Origin: a virus
Lineage: Duplodnaviria > Caudoviricetes
Virus record (IMG/VR): IMGVR_UViG_3300020045_006313
Coordinates: 1 to 34,786 of that record
Strand: one strand, 5' to 3'
Length of the DNA: 34,786 nucleotides
Positions 1-8,340 of the stretch are shown here, in pieces. Position 1 is the stretch's first letter. Each line of letters opens with the position of its first letter. The notes under the pieces are model-generated. The model did not search any database, had not been told where the DNA came from, and worked only from the letters and a program-made list of their open reading frames with translations. A program made the translations under genes and the position numbers.

Positions 1-301
1 TGGTGTTCGTATAGTCCGTGCTGCTTGTTGCGCTTACGATCCTTGAGTGAACGTCACTGTAAGGACTTAGGGATGGGCTTGCGTCTGACGCTGATATTTG
101 TCTAGGTGCGGCTTCTTCGTCAACAAAGAATGTATTGGTTGGATCATACTCTGTGACGGTGATTGTAGATCCGCCCCCTGATTTACGGTACCCGTTGGCG
201 TAAGTTTGCCCTGCCCGATAAATAAGGTAATCAGCACCGCCTAGACTTGTAAGATCTTCATTGGCGGTACTGGGTATGATGATTGCGTTAATTGACGCCA
301 T
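1..301 (-). CDS. Virion/tail-associated protein, N-terminal part (runs off window; not in ORF track)
   Basis: Manual translation from ATG at 301: MASINAIIIPSTANEDLTSLGGADYLIYRAGQTYANGYRKSGGGSTITVTEYDPTNTFF... with no stop before position 1. Paralogous to a segment of the 932-aa protein. Confidence 0.85.
   Translation of the reverse strand, partial: MASINAIIIPSTANEDLTSLGGADYLIYRAGQTYANGYRKSGGGSTITVTEYDPTNTFFVDEEAAPRQISASDASPSLSPYSDVHSRIVSATSSTDYTNT
140..256 (-). repeat. Paralogous 39-codon segment, copy A (copy B at 6722-6838)
   Basis: DLTSLGGADYLIYRAGQTYANGYRKSGGGSTITVTEYDP vs DLTALGGADYLINRAGETPNNGHRKTGGGSTISVTEFDP; 30/39 aa identical by hand alignment. Confidence 0.9.
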
Positions 302-328
302 GATTTAACTCAGCTCATGGCTTATGGA

Positions 329-1054
329 TTAAAGTGAAGCCGAATAGCTAACTGAAAGTGTATCGCCGGTTGTTACTGACTTATTACCGCCCGAAAACGC
401 GCCTACGCTGTACAAAATGCCAGTGGTGCCGCCCTTAGTAGCCACGCTTGCTAAAAACGCGCCTGCGATCGTCTGTGTCGCTACATTGATCGAGAATGAC
501 AAGGCACTAGATAACGCTTTCGCCCCTGCGGACGCTGCACTAAATGCAGCCGTTGGGCGTGCGGATTGTGAATAACTTTGGTTTTCAGTCCAGCCAGCAT
601 GTGAGGCCATGGTATCGCCTGCCGCATAGGTTGGCGTACTGCCGCCGTCAACAATGCCAAGGTACCAAGCAGCGGTATAAGCTGATCCAGCAAGATACTT
701 GTCTAGTGCGTCATTCTTGCCGCCTGTAGTGACTAAGTTATCAAAGCCAAATTCGTCACGCACGTAAGTCATTGTGGCCATGCGCGCCTTGATCTCGTTG
801 ATCACTTTGGCCGGACTTTTAAACCCAAGTTTAGCCGTCAACATTAAACGTGATAAGCGGCCTTTTTTCATGGTGCGCTGCATCGTTTCTACATGATCGC
901 GTAACTCAACGAAGTACGGACGCAAATGCTCATACGGTGAAATGATTTGAAAGGTGTAATGGCCTTTGGCTTGCGCTTGTTCATCCATTCCCACGTTACG
1001 AATAATACTAGCGCCCATATTGGCCAGCGCGATTGCTTTTGCGTTGTTTTCCAT
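329..1054 (-). CDS. Conserved phage virion structural protein (tail-associated)
   Basis: Gly/Ser/Thr/Ala-rich beta-type C-terminal region (NLVTTGGKNDALDKYLAGSAYTAAWYLG...GDTLSVSYSASL) typical of phage structural proteins; late-operon position. Confidence 0.7.
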   Translation of the reverse strand: MENNAKAIALANMGASIIRNVGMDEQAQAKGHYTFQIISPYEHLRPYFVELRDHVETMQRTMKKGRLSRLMLTAKLGFKSPAKVINEIKARMATMTYVRDEFGFDNLVTTGGKNDALDKYLAGSAYTAAWYLGIVDGGSTPTYAAGDTMASHAGWTENQSYSQSARPTAAFSAASAGAKALSSALSFSINVATQTIAGAFLASVATKGGTTGILYSVGAFSGGNKSVTTGDTLSVSYSASL

Positions 1055-1057
1055 GAT

Positions 1058-1237
1058 CTACACCTTTTCCAATTGTGATTCTAAAAACCAGCGACTTGCA
1101 GGCTCGCCCGCTTCGTCTTTCCATATCAGCAAGTGTTTTAACTCGCCTGATTCTTTGTCAAATTCCGTGTCCTCAATGACGCCTTGGACGACTGGCTGCT
1201 TTAATTTGGCTTTTACGCCGATTTTGATACCCGCCAT
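1058..1237 (-). CDS. Small hypothetical protein, 59 aa, possible SH3-like fold (not in ORF track)
   Basis: MAGIKIGVKAKLKQPVVQGVIEDTEFDKESGELKHLLIWKDEAGEPASRWFLESQLEKV; AGGGAG SD upstream; fills the gap between two late genes. Confidence 0.8.
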   Translation of the reverse strand: MAGIKIGVKAKLKQPVVQGVIEDTEFDKESGELKHLLIWKDEAGEPASRWFLESQLEKV

Positions 1238-1250
1238 GATCTTGCTCCCT

Positions 1251-1871
1251 TTAAAAATACTGCCCTTCTACATACGATTGCTTGCGGCCATTCCCGCGGA
1301 AAAACCTCACGTTTTCATCGACGATCGCACGCTCAAACCTAGCGCCACTGACGGCCGCTAAATTTGGATCGCTCCAAGGTTTATCGCTTTGCATCATCAA
1401 AATTGACTTGGCACCGTCCGCGATCTGCAGCTTGTAGCGCTGGCCAAGAAAGTCCGGCAAGGCGGTTGCGTTTTCTTTTGGGATGATCCGCACGGTTGCC
1501 TTCATTGTTTCAGTGGCTTCCGGCTTGTAACCAATCACCAAATTTTGTGCATTGTCTAAAAAGTAATACTTTGGCGTGCCGTTAATTTCGTCATAGTTGC
1601 AAGAGTCAAAATTATCTTGTGAGGCTTGAAACATATCGCGTAAATCACTGGGCGTTAATGTCACGATCCGATCAACATAATTACCAGTGCTTACTAACGG
1701 GTACCGTGTCACGTTTGCTAACACGTTGACTGTGATCACTTCACGCGCTGATACCACGCGCTTGCAAAACTCAATACCCGCCCGCAATATGGCGTCTAAA
1801 ACCATCGGTTCGGGGCAGCCCGCAACATCGGGGCGCACGTAACGGGCAAATTCTGAAAGCGCGACGGCCAT
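1251..1871 (-). CDS. Head-tail adaptor (gatekeeper-like) protein
   Basis: VRPDVAGCPEPMVLDAILRAGIEFC N-terminus, GTPKYY and KPWSDPNLAA motifs of podovirus adaptor proteins; position after capsid genes. Confidence 0.75.
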   Translation of the reverse strand: MAVALSEFARYVRPDVAGCPEPMVLDAILRAGIEFCKRVVSAREVITVNVLANVTRYPLVSTGNYVDRIVTLTPSDLRDMFQASQDNFDSCNYDEINGTPKYYFLDNAQNLVIGYKPEATETMKATVRIIPKENATALPDFLGQRYKLQIADGAKSILMMQSDKPWSDPNLAAVSGARFERAIVDENVRFFRGNGRKQSYVEGQYF

Positions 1872-2506
1872 TATTTACTCAAGCGCTCGATTAAACGTTT
1901 TGTGCCAATCGTGTGCGGATCTTTAAAGCCTTTTTCTGTGGCCGCTGCGATCAATTCATCACGGGTTAGCGTTGCATAATCAATCTTTGCGGCCGGAGCT
2001 GCTGCTGTGACGACTTCTTTCACTTCGGGCGCTGGCTCTGCAACTGGCTCTAGCGCGTCTTTTAACTTTGCAGGCTCTTCTTGGTTTGCCTCGTCGTTGT
2101 CGTTTTCGTCGTCGTCGTCCAAGCTTGCAACAAATTCAGCGCCAAATGGCTTTTGTTCTGCCGGTGTCGCGGCTGCAGCGCCTTCATTGGCTGCGGCTTC
2201 TGCTTGGGCTGCGGCTAGATCTGCCGACTTTTTGGCTTCGGCTGCTTTCAATGCGGCCTCTTGTGCTTCTTTTTCAGCGATCGCTTTCTCTTCTAAAGCT
2301 TTGGCCACGCGTGCGGCCTGTGCGTCGCCTATTGGCTGTGCTTCTGCGAATGCTTCTTTAACGCGCAAAATTTTCGCTTGGTGATCTTCGTTTTCTACCG
2401 TGCTTAAATGGCGCGGATCTGATTCCGTCGGCTTAAAGTGGTAAACATTGGCGTCAAGCTCTACGGTTGATCCGTTGGCGCGTCTAATTAAACATTCGAT
2501 TAACAT
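1871..2506 (-). CDS. Conserved phage protein with acidic/Ala-rich linker and C-terminal HeH/Rho-N-like helix pair
   Basis: N-terminal MLIECLIRRANGSTVELDANVYHFKP; C-terminal YATLTRDELIAAATEKGFKDPHTIGTKRLIERL. Confidence 0.6.
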   Translation of the reverse strand: MLIECLIRRANGSTVELDANVYHFKPTESDPRHLSTVENEDHQAKILRVKEAFAEAQPIGDAQAARVAKALEEKAIAEKEAQEAALKAAEAKKSADLAAAQAEAAANEGAAAATPAEQKPFGAEFVASLDDDDENDNDEANQEEPAKLKDALEPVAEPAPEVKEVVTAAAPAAKIDYATLTRDELIAAATEKGFKDPHTIGTKRLIERLSK

Positions 2507-2552
2507 GATTAAAATCCTTGTGTGGTTTGGGATGGGATAAAGTGGTTAAGGT

Positions 2553-2578
2553 AAAGGGCGAGGCCGTTAAGCCCCGCC
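2553..2578 (-). terminator. GC-rich stem-loop after capsid decoration gene (weak terminator or attenuator)
   Basis: Minus strand GGCGGGGC-TTAACG-GCCTCGCC followed by CTTT. Confidence 0.5.
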
Positions 2579-2598
2579 AAATACCTCCCCCACAACAC

Positions 2599-3048
2599 TT
2601 ATGCTGCTTGGTAGAACAATTCCACTTCAATCGCGCCGGCTTGGCCGCCTGCGATTGCTGCGTGTGTAATACCGATCTTGCGATCCGCGCCTGTTTTTGG
2701 AATCGCGCCGATTGCATCGTATAAGGCTTTAGTATCTGTGCCTTTGATGATGCCGCCCGCTTGTGCGATCGTGTTACCTGTAAACAATGCGAGATCAATC
2801 GCGGTTTCGCCGGCGTTTAATGTGCCGAAGGTTAAAGTCGCGGTTGTGCCTGTGTCCAAGTCGGCTGCACTCACTACATAGTCAACAATGCGGCAATCTG
2901 CCGGTAAGACCACGAAGCTAAGTACGTTAGCCGCTTGCGCTTGTGGCGCTGTTAATGTGAGTTTTGCTTTAACTGACAAAACTTCTTGTGCGACTGGAAT
3001 GGGCGCTGGTAAGCGGCCTGTCGCGTATTGGGTTTCAATTTTAGCCAT
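2599..3048 (-). CDS. Capsid decoration/cement protein
   Basis: 149-aa beta-rich protein directly after the MCP; LPADCRIVD...DLDTGTTATLTFG motif. Confidence 0.7.
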   Translation of the reverse strand: MAKIETQYATGRLPAPIPVAQEVLSVKAKLTLTAPQAQAANVLSFVVLPADCRIVDYVVSAADLDTGTTATLTFGTLNAGETAIDLALFTGNTIAQAGGIIKGTDTKALYDAIGAIPKTGADRKIGITHAAIAGGQAGAIEVELFYQAA

Positions 3049-3082
3049 GATGTAATGCTCCTAAATATTCAAAATGTAAGGT

Positions 3083-3106
3083 TTAGCCGGCATTGCTGCC
3101 GACTAA
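3083..3106 (-). terminator. Stem-loop with GNRA tetraloop immediately after the MCP stop (mRNA stabiliser or attenuator)
   Basis: Minus strand TTAGTCGGCA-GCAA-TGCCGGCTAA (10 bp including one G-U); no strong U-tract. Confidence 0.55.
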
Positions 3107-3113
3107 TGGCCGG

Positions 3114-4232
3114 TTAAGATGGATCTTTGCAAGCGGTGTCTAAGGCCATAATGCCGAAGTCACGACTTGTACCGTTGATCGTGAAGGCTGTTTTCTTCAC
3201 ACCAAAAATAGAACCGGTAGTAATTACCACTTGGTTCCCGCGATCTTCCATTTCTTCCTGCCAGTCAAAGCGCAAACCGTCGCCTTTTGAACCGAAGGCC
3301 ACTACACCGGCCTGACGACCCATGAATAAAGCGCGTGCTGCCTCAACGTTGCCGCCTGCACCGTAATCACTAAAGCGGATTGTGCTGCGGTGTTTATGCA
3401 GAATCACGTTGTTATACATACCCAAGCCGCCCTTAAACATCGGGTTTTTTGCGCCTTCTGCGGCTGCTGCAGCTTTTTGAATGTCTAACCATCCACCGGT
3501 GCCAGTGCTACGGCGTAATGAATACTCTTGGAATGGATGCATCACTAAAACGAAATGCTCTTCGCCGTCGATCATGACCGGTTGAATTGAAGGGATGCCG
3601 GTTGTACCGCCGCCCATGGTTTCAGCGCGTGCTACTGCACGATCAATGATCGCCAAGTCCATCACGTCGGTTGCGTCTAAAGAAGCTTTTGACGTTGAAT
3701 CGTTGCCGTAAAGGATATGCTGATCATCCGGCGCTACTAACGCATTGCCTGCGTAACCTGTGAAGCTTGTATCTTCAATGTAATCAGTGTTTACGCCGCG
3801 TGCGCCTGATAGGTAGATGAAGAATGTTTCATCAAACAAGCGCGCCCACCATTCAGATTGACGCACGCGTGCAATTTTACGCATGTCGTGAATTGAACGT
3901 TTACGGCTCATTTTGCCGCCTGTGTTTACGCCGCCGCGTTGTTGATCAATCAAAAGACTGTCTGTGTAGAACTTCAAATCTTCTTCTTTGCCGCGCAAAG
4001 TCGAGTCGCCTTGGACTGGCTTCATCTTCAATTGCATGACGAGATCGTATGAAACTTTATCGCCGGCTTCATCTTCAAGCGCTGGAATGGTTTGTAACGG
4101 TGTTTGGGCTTCTTCGCCTACACCCATGAATTTCTTGTTGAAATAAGACTTGCGGTTAGTATCAACGGCTAAAAATTCTGAATAGCGTTGTACTGCTTTA
4201 GGATCGCCGACCCCAACGGTTGTACGTGACAT
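3114..4232 (-). CDS. Major capsid protein, N4-gp56 family (DUF4043-like)
   Basis: GDKVSYDLVMQL, LRGKEEDLKFYTDSLLIDQQRGGV, NPMFKGGLGMYNNVILHKH, ARALFMGRQAG and FGVKKTAF motifs. Confidence 0.93.
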   Translation of the reverse strand: MSRTTVGVGDPKAVQRYSEFLAVDTNRKSYFNKKFMGVGEEAQTPLQTIPALEDEAGDKVSYDLVMQLKMKPVQGDSTLRGKEEDLKFYTDSLLIDQQRGGVNTGGKMSRKRSIHDMRKIARVRQSEWWARLFDETFFIYLSGARGVNTDYIEDTSFTGYAGNALVAPDDQHILYGNDSTSKASLDATDVMDLAIIDRAVARAETMGGGTTGIPSIQPVMIDGEEHFVLVMHPFQEYSLRRSTGTGGWLDIQKAAAAAEGAKNPMFKGGLGMYNNVILHKHRSTIRFSDYGAGGNVEAARALFMGRQAGVVAFGSKGDGLRFDWQEEMEDRGNQVVITTGSIFGVKKTAFTINGTSRDFGIMALDTACKDPS

Positions 4233-4236
4233 AATA

Positions 4237-4307
4237 AGTACCTCATAAAAATTAAAAAATTATTTTCCGAGGCACTGATGCGCGTCAGTTAGCTAAACTC
4301 ACTAGCT
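4237..4307 (-). promoter_or_regulatory. Structured 5' leader of the MCP gene; hairpin occludes the Shine-Dalgarno
   Basis: mRNA AGUGCCUC (4276-4269) pairs with GAGGUACU (4244-4237, contains the SD). Upstream small hairpins: ACUGA/UCAGU (4289-4274) and AGCUA/UAGCU (4307-4291). Confidence 0.6.
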
Positions 4308-4325
4308 TGAAGCGTATTTAATCGT

Positions 4326-4343
4326 GACTAATTGCATTCACAA
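4326..4343 (-). promoter_or_regulatory. Conserved late-promoter motif copy 1 (TTGTGAATGCAATTAGTC)
   Basis: 18/18 identical to 12553-12570; 13-bp core also at 5511-5523; all copies intergenic and upstream of late genes. Confidence 0.75.
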
Positions 4344-4550
4344 TTAAGTATTTTTTGCTGTAAGTCCTTTTTGTGCATGATCCATAGAACTCATGGCACT
4401 TTTACGAAGTTGCACGACTACATCACTGTCTTTTGTAATGTCTAGCCGTGCAATTTGGCCGGACTTCTTCAACATGGTTATCACGATCCGACCATTATCT
4501 AAACTGATCGAGTCGCCCACTTTCAAGTCCTGCTTTATCGTCTGTTTCAT
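4344..4550 (-). CDS. CsrA/RsmA-like small protein
   Basis: 68 aa; LKVGDSISLDNGRIVITMLKKSGQIARLDI matches the CsrA pattern xKVGExIxIGxxIxVxVLxxxGxQVRIGI. CsrA-like genes are known in Bcep22/DC1-like phages. Confidence 0.7.
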   Translation of the reverse strand: MKQTIKQDLKVGDSISLDNGRIVITMLKKSGQIARLDITKDSDVVVQLRKSAMSSMDHAQKGLTAKNT

Positions 4551-4553
4551 TGA

Positions 4554-5462
4554 TTAATTTGCTCTTAAATAGCGCTCTTCTTGTTCCGGCGTGAATCGTG
4601 CGATTGCTTTTTCTTTCTCAATGCCGGTTAAGTTTTTAATGCCTGCAAATTCATCCGCATTGTTTTCGTCGTCGGCTGCAGCTGGCAAGCCTCCCAAGGT
4701 TTTAGGCACCAATTCAAGGTTAGGCTTACGATTGCCGCCCTTGGGAGCCGGTTTGCCTTGCTCTGATTTAAGCCCCATTAATTCGCGGACTTGTTTATCG
4801 GCTTCGGCCAGTACCCATGCGCCCGTTTTTGAAGCGTTTGCCGGATCTTTGGCAAGATCAATCACGGCCGTATTGAGCGCGGTGCTTAAAATCTTGTTTT
4901 CATAGATCTTGCTGGTTTGTTTTGTGAAAAATTCTTTTTGATCGTTTTCCCATGTTTGCGCGGCTTCTTGTGACTTACGCTTAATTTCAGTTTCCGCGAT
5001 CAGCTGCGTTGTTGTGAGCGTGGTTTCATCCTTGGTTAGCTGATCTCGTTGTGCAATAAAATCGCTCAATGAAATATCGCCGTTGTCTAGCTGCTCGCTT
5101 AAAGCTGCTTTCTTAGTCGCAAACTCTGCAATTTTTTCGTCATAATCTTCAACCAAAGCCGGCGCCACATAAGGCTTAAACTCTTCGGCTTCTGCCGGCG
5201 TGCCTTTATCCGCTGTATCTGCAGCCGCTTCCTGTGCGTCGCCTTCGTCCTGATCGCCGTCATCATCTTGATCGTCATCCTTTTCGTCCTGATCGTCGTC
5301 TGTGCTGCTTTCTGCCCCTTCATCAAAATCGTCGTCATCTACTTCGTTGCCGTCGTCGTCGAAGGTTGGATTTTCTTCGTCATAGTTGCCGTTCTCGTCA
5401 ACCATCTTTTCAATTTCCGCTGCGGAAAAGCCGGCCGCTTGTAAGTCGTCTGCTGTCATCAT
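4554..5462 (-). CDS. Capsid scaffolding protein
   Basis: Very acidic N-terminus, coiled-coil middle, PKTLGGLPAA C-terminal motif; upstream of the MCP; AGGAG SD at 5471-5475. Confidence 0.8.
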   Translation of the reverse strand: MMTADDLQAAGFSAAEIEKMVDENGNYDEENPTFDDDGNEVDDDDFDEGAESSTDDDQDEKDDDQDDDGDQDEGDAQEAAADTADKGTPAEAEEFKPYVAPALVEDYDEKIAEFATKKAALSEQLDNGDISLSDFIAQRDQLTKDETTLTTTQLIAETEIKRKSQEAAQTWENDQKEFFTKQTSKIYENKILSTALNTAVIDLAKDPANASKTGAWVLAEADKQVRELMGLKSEQGKPAPKGGNRKPNLELVPKTLGGLPAAADDENNADEFAGIKNLTGIEKEKAIARFTPEQEERYLRAN

Positions 5463-5510
5463 GATAAAAACTCCTGTTTTGTGGTGTGGTGAGGGCTAAT
5501 ATTAAGTTTG

Positions 5511-5523
5511 CTAATTGCATTCA
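5511..5523 (-). promoter_or_regulatory. Conserved late-promoter motif copy 2 (TGAATGCAATTAG core)
   Basis: 13-bp exact match to the core of 4326-4343 and 12553-12570; upstream of the scaffold gene. Confidence 0.7.
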
Positions 5524-5533
5524 TGGCGCGGGC

Positions 5534-8332
5534 TTAAAGCATTTGCGCGCACGTCACGCCGATGTTATTCATCTTTCTTGCTTGCACTGCCGCGGGATGA
5601 TCTGCAACCATTGAGTTTTGCACCAAGCCCCATGACGCGCCAAACCCATCATTCCAAGAACCGGCCTGCGTGTATAAGCTCACTTCGGCAAAGTACGGTC
5701 TAACCGTTACATTCCACCAATAAATGAAAAGCTTGCGTGCCATTTCTGACTCGGCAAAGTTACGCTGTAGATCCTCAAGCTGTCTTAGGCGTGTGACGTT
5801 GGCGCCTCTTACGTCGGATGCTGCTTTTAAATTAATGACATTCGCGCCGGCCGTTGCATCCGCTAACGATTTATGAAGCGTTAATTTATCGGTACTTAAT
5901 CGTCGTACATAGAGCTGGTTATCGACTAAATCGACCGTTGGGAATTGCGCATAGTAAATATGGTACCCATCCGGTTTATAGCCTGATCCGGTTTCGCCTT
6001 CGGGTACCGTGTCAACGTGCGCGATGTTGGTAAATTTAACGACGTCGCCCGTGTCAAACATTTCGTCACGCGTATAGCCGGAAAATTGCGTGTTCGTTTG
6101 TGGGTTATACGTCAATGCATTGTTTGCTAAATCGACGGTAAACAAGCTTCTCACGCCGTATGTGTCATCAATGATCAATGTGTTTGTATGGCGCCAACAC
6201 TCATAAGACATAAGCTGTGCTTGCGTTGCACCACGAACGGCTAGATCTGCCACGGTGTCTTGCAGGCCAGTCACTAGCGACGCGTCAATGTAGGCCTTGA
6301 TCCTGTCATAGTAGATTTGCATCGCATTGACGTTGTTGTAAAGCTTTTCGGCCATTAACATATCGGATCTTAATTCGCTACCGCGTGCGGACGTGCCAAG
6401 CTTCACATAGTTACCGACTGAGAAAATGTCCATTTTTTTAGCGACGGTATCTTCCGCGCCTAATTTTGTTGTTTTTGTGTCTAGTGAGTAAGCTGCAAAT
6501 GCCTGATAGCCTTGTTGGCCACTGATTACACGAAGCACACGCGGACGCCCGTAAATGGCTTCTGCCGTCACCCAACGATCAACGGCTTGGTGCGTCATCA
6601 TGCATTGCGCGATCTGCCATTCGGGGATCACTACGCCGGTCGATGTGACTGTAGGCGTGGCGTCTGTCGCGCTAAATGGTCTAGTTGATTTATCTTCATG
6701 ATCCAGCGTGTAAATGCCGCTTGGATCAAATTCAGTCACGGAAATCGTGCTGCCGCCGCCCGTTTTTCTATGGCCATTGTTTGGAGTTTCGCCGGCGCGA
6801 TTGATTAAATAATCTGCTCCGCCAAGCGCTGTTAGATCCACTGCGGACGAATTAACTGAAATTGATCCCGAAATGGTTGCCGCACCCGTTGCGCCTCCCG
6901 CACTTACCCATGCAGCGCCAAAGAATACGGCGCGGATTGTGCCGGTGCCGGAATAGTTTTTCATTTTCCATAATGCATTGAGCGTTTGGCCGCTTGATCC
7001 AGCGCGGTAAGTCAGATCCGCTACTAAAAAATTATCGTTTCCTATAGAGGTTAATGTGTAATTAATATTTAATGAAAAGCTGTTATCGCTTAGTGTGCAT
7101 TCAAGCGCGAATGCGGCCGCTTGTGCATCTTCGGCGGTTGTAAAGCCCATGAGGTAAAGTTTTGCCGTTCTTAACTGGGTACTGGCTGGCAATGCAATAT
7201 TTAAGCCGCCTTCTAATGATGCAGCGCTTGGGTTATAAAGCCGCGCGTTATCCGTCGTTGTGCTTGTGCCGCTGCCGGCTGCCTTGTAAATGTAACTGCC
7301 TAGTGATCCTTCAACAATGTAAGGCATAGGGTACTGAACCCCGCCGCCATTCCATACTGGGCGCTGATTACCATCGCCGCCGCTTTCTGCACCGCGGATG
7401 TAAACTTGGTTGTACCAATAACCCTGCCGAGAAAACGCTGCAAGGCTATTCCAAATTTCATTTCCTGCTTCGACTTTTAACTTACCGACTGGATGATTGT
7501 CATGCACACCTTGCACATACGCCGCCCAAGCTGCTTGATTCATGCGCACCGGCACCGGAATCCAAATGTCACATGGATCACCATTGTTATATGCGCTAAT
7601 CTCTGCGGCCATTTTCCCTAGCACTACAGCCGGCACGTTTTTCCAGTTAAAACTTGCTTGCGAAGGTAAGTCGCCCACACCAACAAAATCCGTAAGCGGG
7701 CGTACAAAATCGCCGAATGTCGTACCCCATCCCATCGTGGCGACTAAATCCAGCGCACGAAGGTTTTTACAGCCTTTGAATTTCTGCAAAGATACTTGAT
7801 TGATCACCTTGCCCGCATTCATATCCGCTTCGTCACTGGAATGGAACACTTTAAGATTGTTGACCGTAATGGGCGCGCCCGTATCGTTGGCCACGTTAAT
7901 TTGAAGGTAAAAGAGGCCAGTCGTACCGGTTGCAATTTGAATACGGTTTGCGGATGGGTTTGTGACGGTTACGCCACTGCCAAAATTTGCATTGACTGTA
8001 ACGTTTGCGCTGCCCGACCATGTGACAAAGAAAGTACCCTGTCTAAAAGTACGCACGGCGTTGACGTTGACCGGCGGCGGCGCTGCATAGATCGTTGAGG
8101 TTAAATCTCTGACAATGGTAAATACTGAACGGCCAGCGGGTAAGTTTGGCAGAAAGTCATCGACATAGCCGCCCGCCCGTCCATTCATGTAGCTATCAAA
8201 CTCAATGCTGCTCGCCCAGCCTGATCCCTGTAGCCAGCTTCGTGAGCCTTTCAGATAGTCGATAAAAACGTATTCCTCGGTGTAGTAAAAGCTCCAAGTC
8301 GAGTTAAATCCCAGTTTAGATGCAAAAGCCAT
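5534..8332 (-). CDS. Putative virion-associated glycoside hydrolase (clan GH-A-like TIM barrel) with inserted beta domains
   Basis: LRALDL, DIWIPVP, KLKVEAGNEIWN (acid/base NE), LMSYE (nucleophile-like YE) and terminal SWGL motifs of the 'cellulose-binding domain protein' GH-like family. Confidence 0.6.
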   Translation of the reverse strand: MAFASKLGFNSTWSFYYTEEYVFIDYLKGSRSWLQGSGWASSIEFDSYMNGRAGGYVDDFLPNLPAGRSVFTIVRDLTSTIYAAPPPVNVNAVRTFRQGTFFVTWSGSANVTVNANFGSGVTVTNPSANRIQIATGTTGLFYLQINVANDTGAPITVNNLKVFHSSDEADMNAGKVINQVSLQKFKGCKNLRALDLVATMGWGTTFGDFVRPLTDFVGVGDLPSQASFNWKNVPAVVLGKMAAEISAYNNGDPCDIWIPVPVRMNQAAWAAYVQGVHDNHPVGKLKVEAGNEIWNSLAAFSRQGYWYNQVYIRGAESGGDGNQRPVWNGGGVQYPMPYIVEGSLGSYIYKAAGSGTSTTTDNARLYNPSAASLEGGLNIALPASTQLRTAKLYLMGFTTAEDAQAAAFALECTLSDNSFSLNINYTLTSIGNDNFLVADLTYRAGSSGQTLNALWKMKNYSGTGTIRAVFFGAAWVSAGGATGAATISGSISVNSSAVDLTALGGADYLINRAGETPNNGHRKTGGGSTISVTEFDPSGIYTLDHEDKSTRPFSATDATPTVTSTGVVIPEWQIAQCMMTHQAVDRWVTAEAIYGRPRVLRVISGQQGYQAFAAYSLDTKTTKLGAEDTVAKKMDIFSVGNYVKLGTSARGSELRSDMLMAEKLYNNVNAMQIYYDRIKAYIDASLVTGLQDTVADLAVRGATQAQLMSYECWRHTNTLIIDDTYGVRSLFTVDLANNALTYNPQTNTQFSGYTRDEMFDTGDVVKFTNIAHVDTVPEGETGSGYKPDGYHIYYAQFPTVDLVDNQLYVRRLSTDKLTLHKSLADATAGANVINLKAASDVRGANVTRLRQLEDLQRNFAESEMARKLFIYWWNVTVRPYFAEVSLYTQAGSWNDGFGASWGLVQNSMVADHPAAVQARKMNNIGVTCAQML
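6722..6838 (-). repeat. Paralogous 39-codon segment, copy B (copy A at 140-256)
   Basis: 30/39 aa identity with the N-terminus of the ORF at 1-301. Confidence 0.9.
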
Positions 8333-8340
8333 GATGATTC

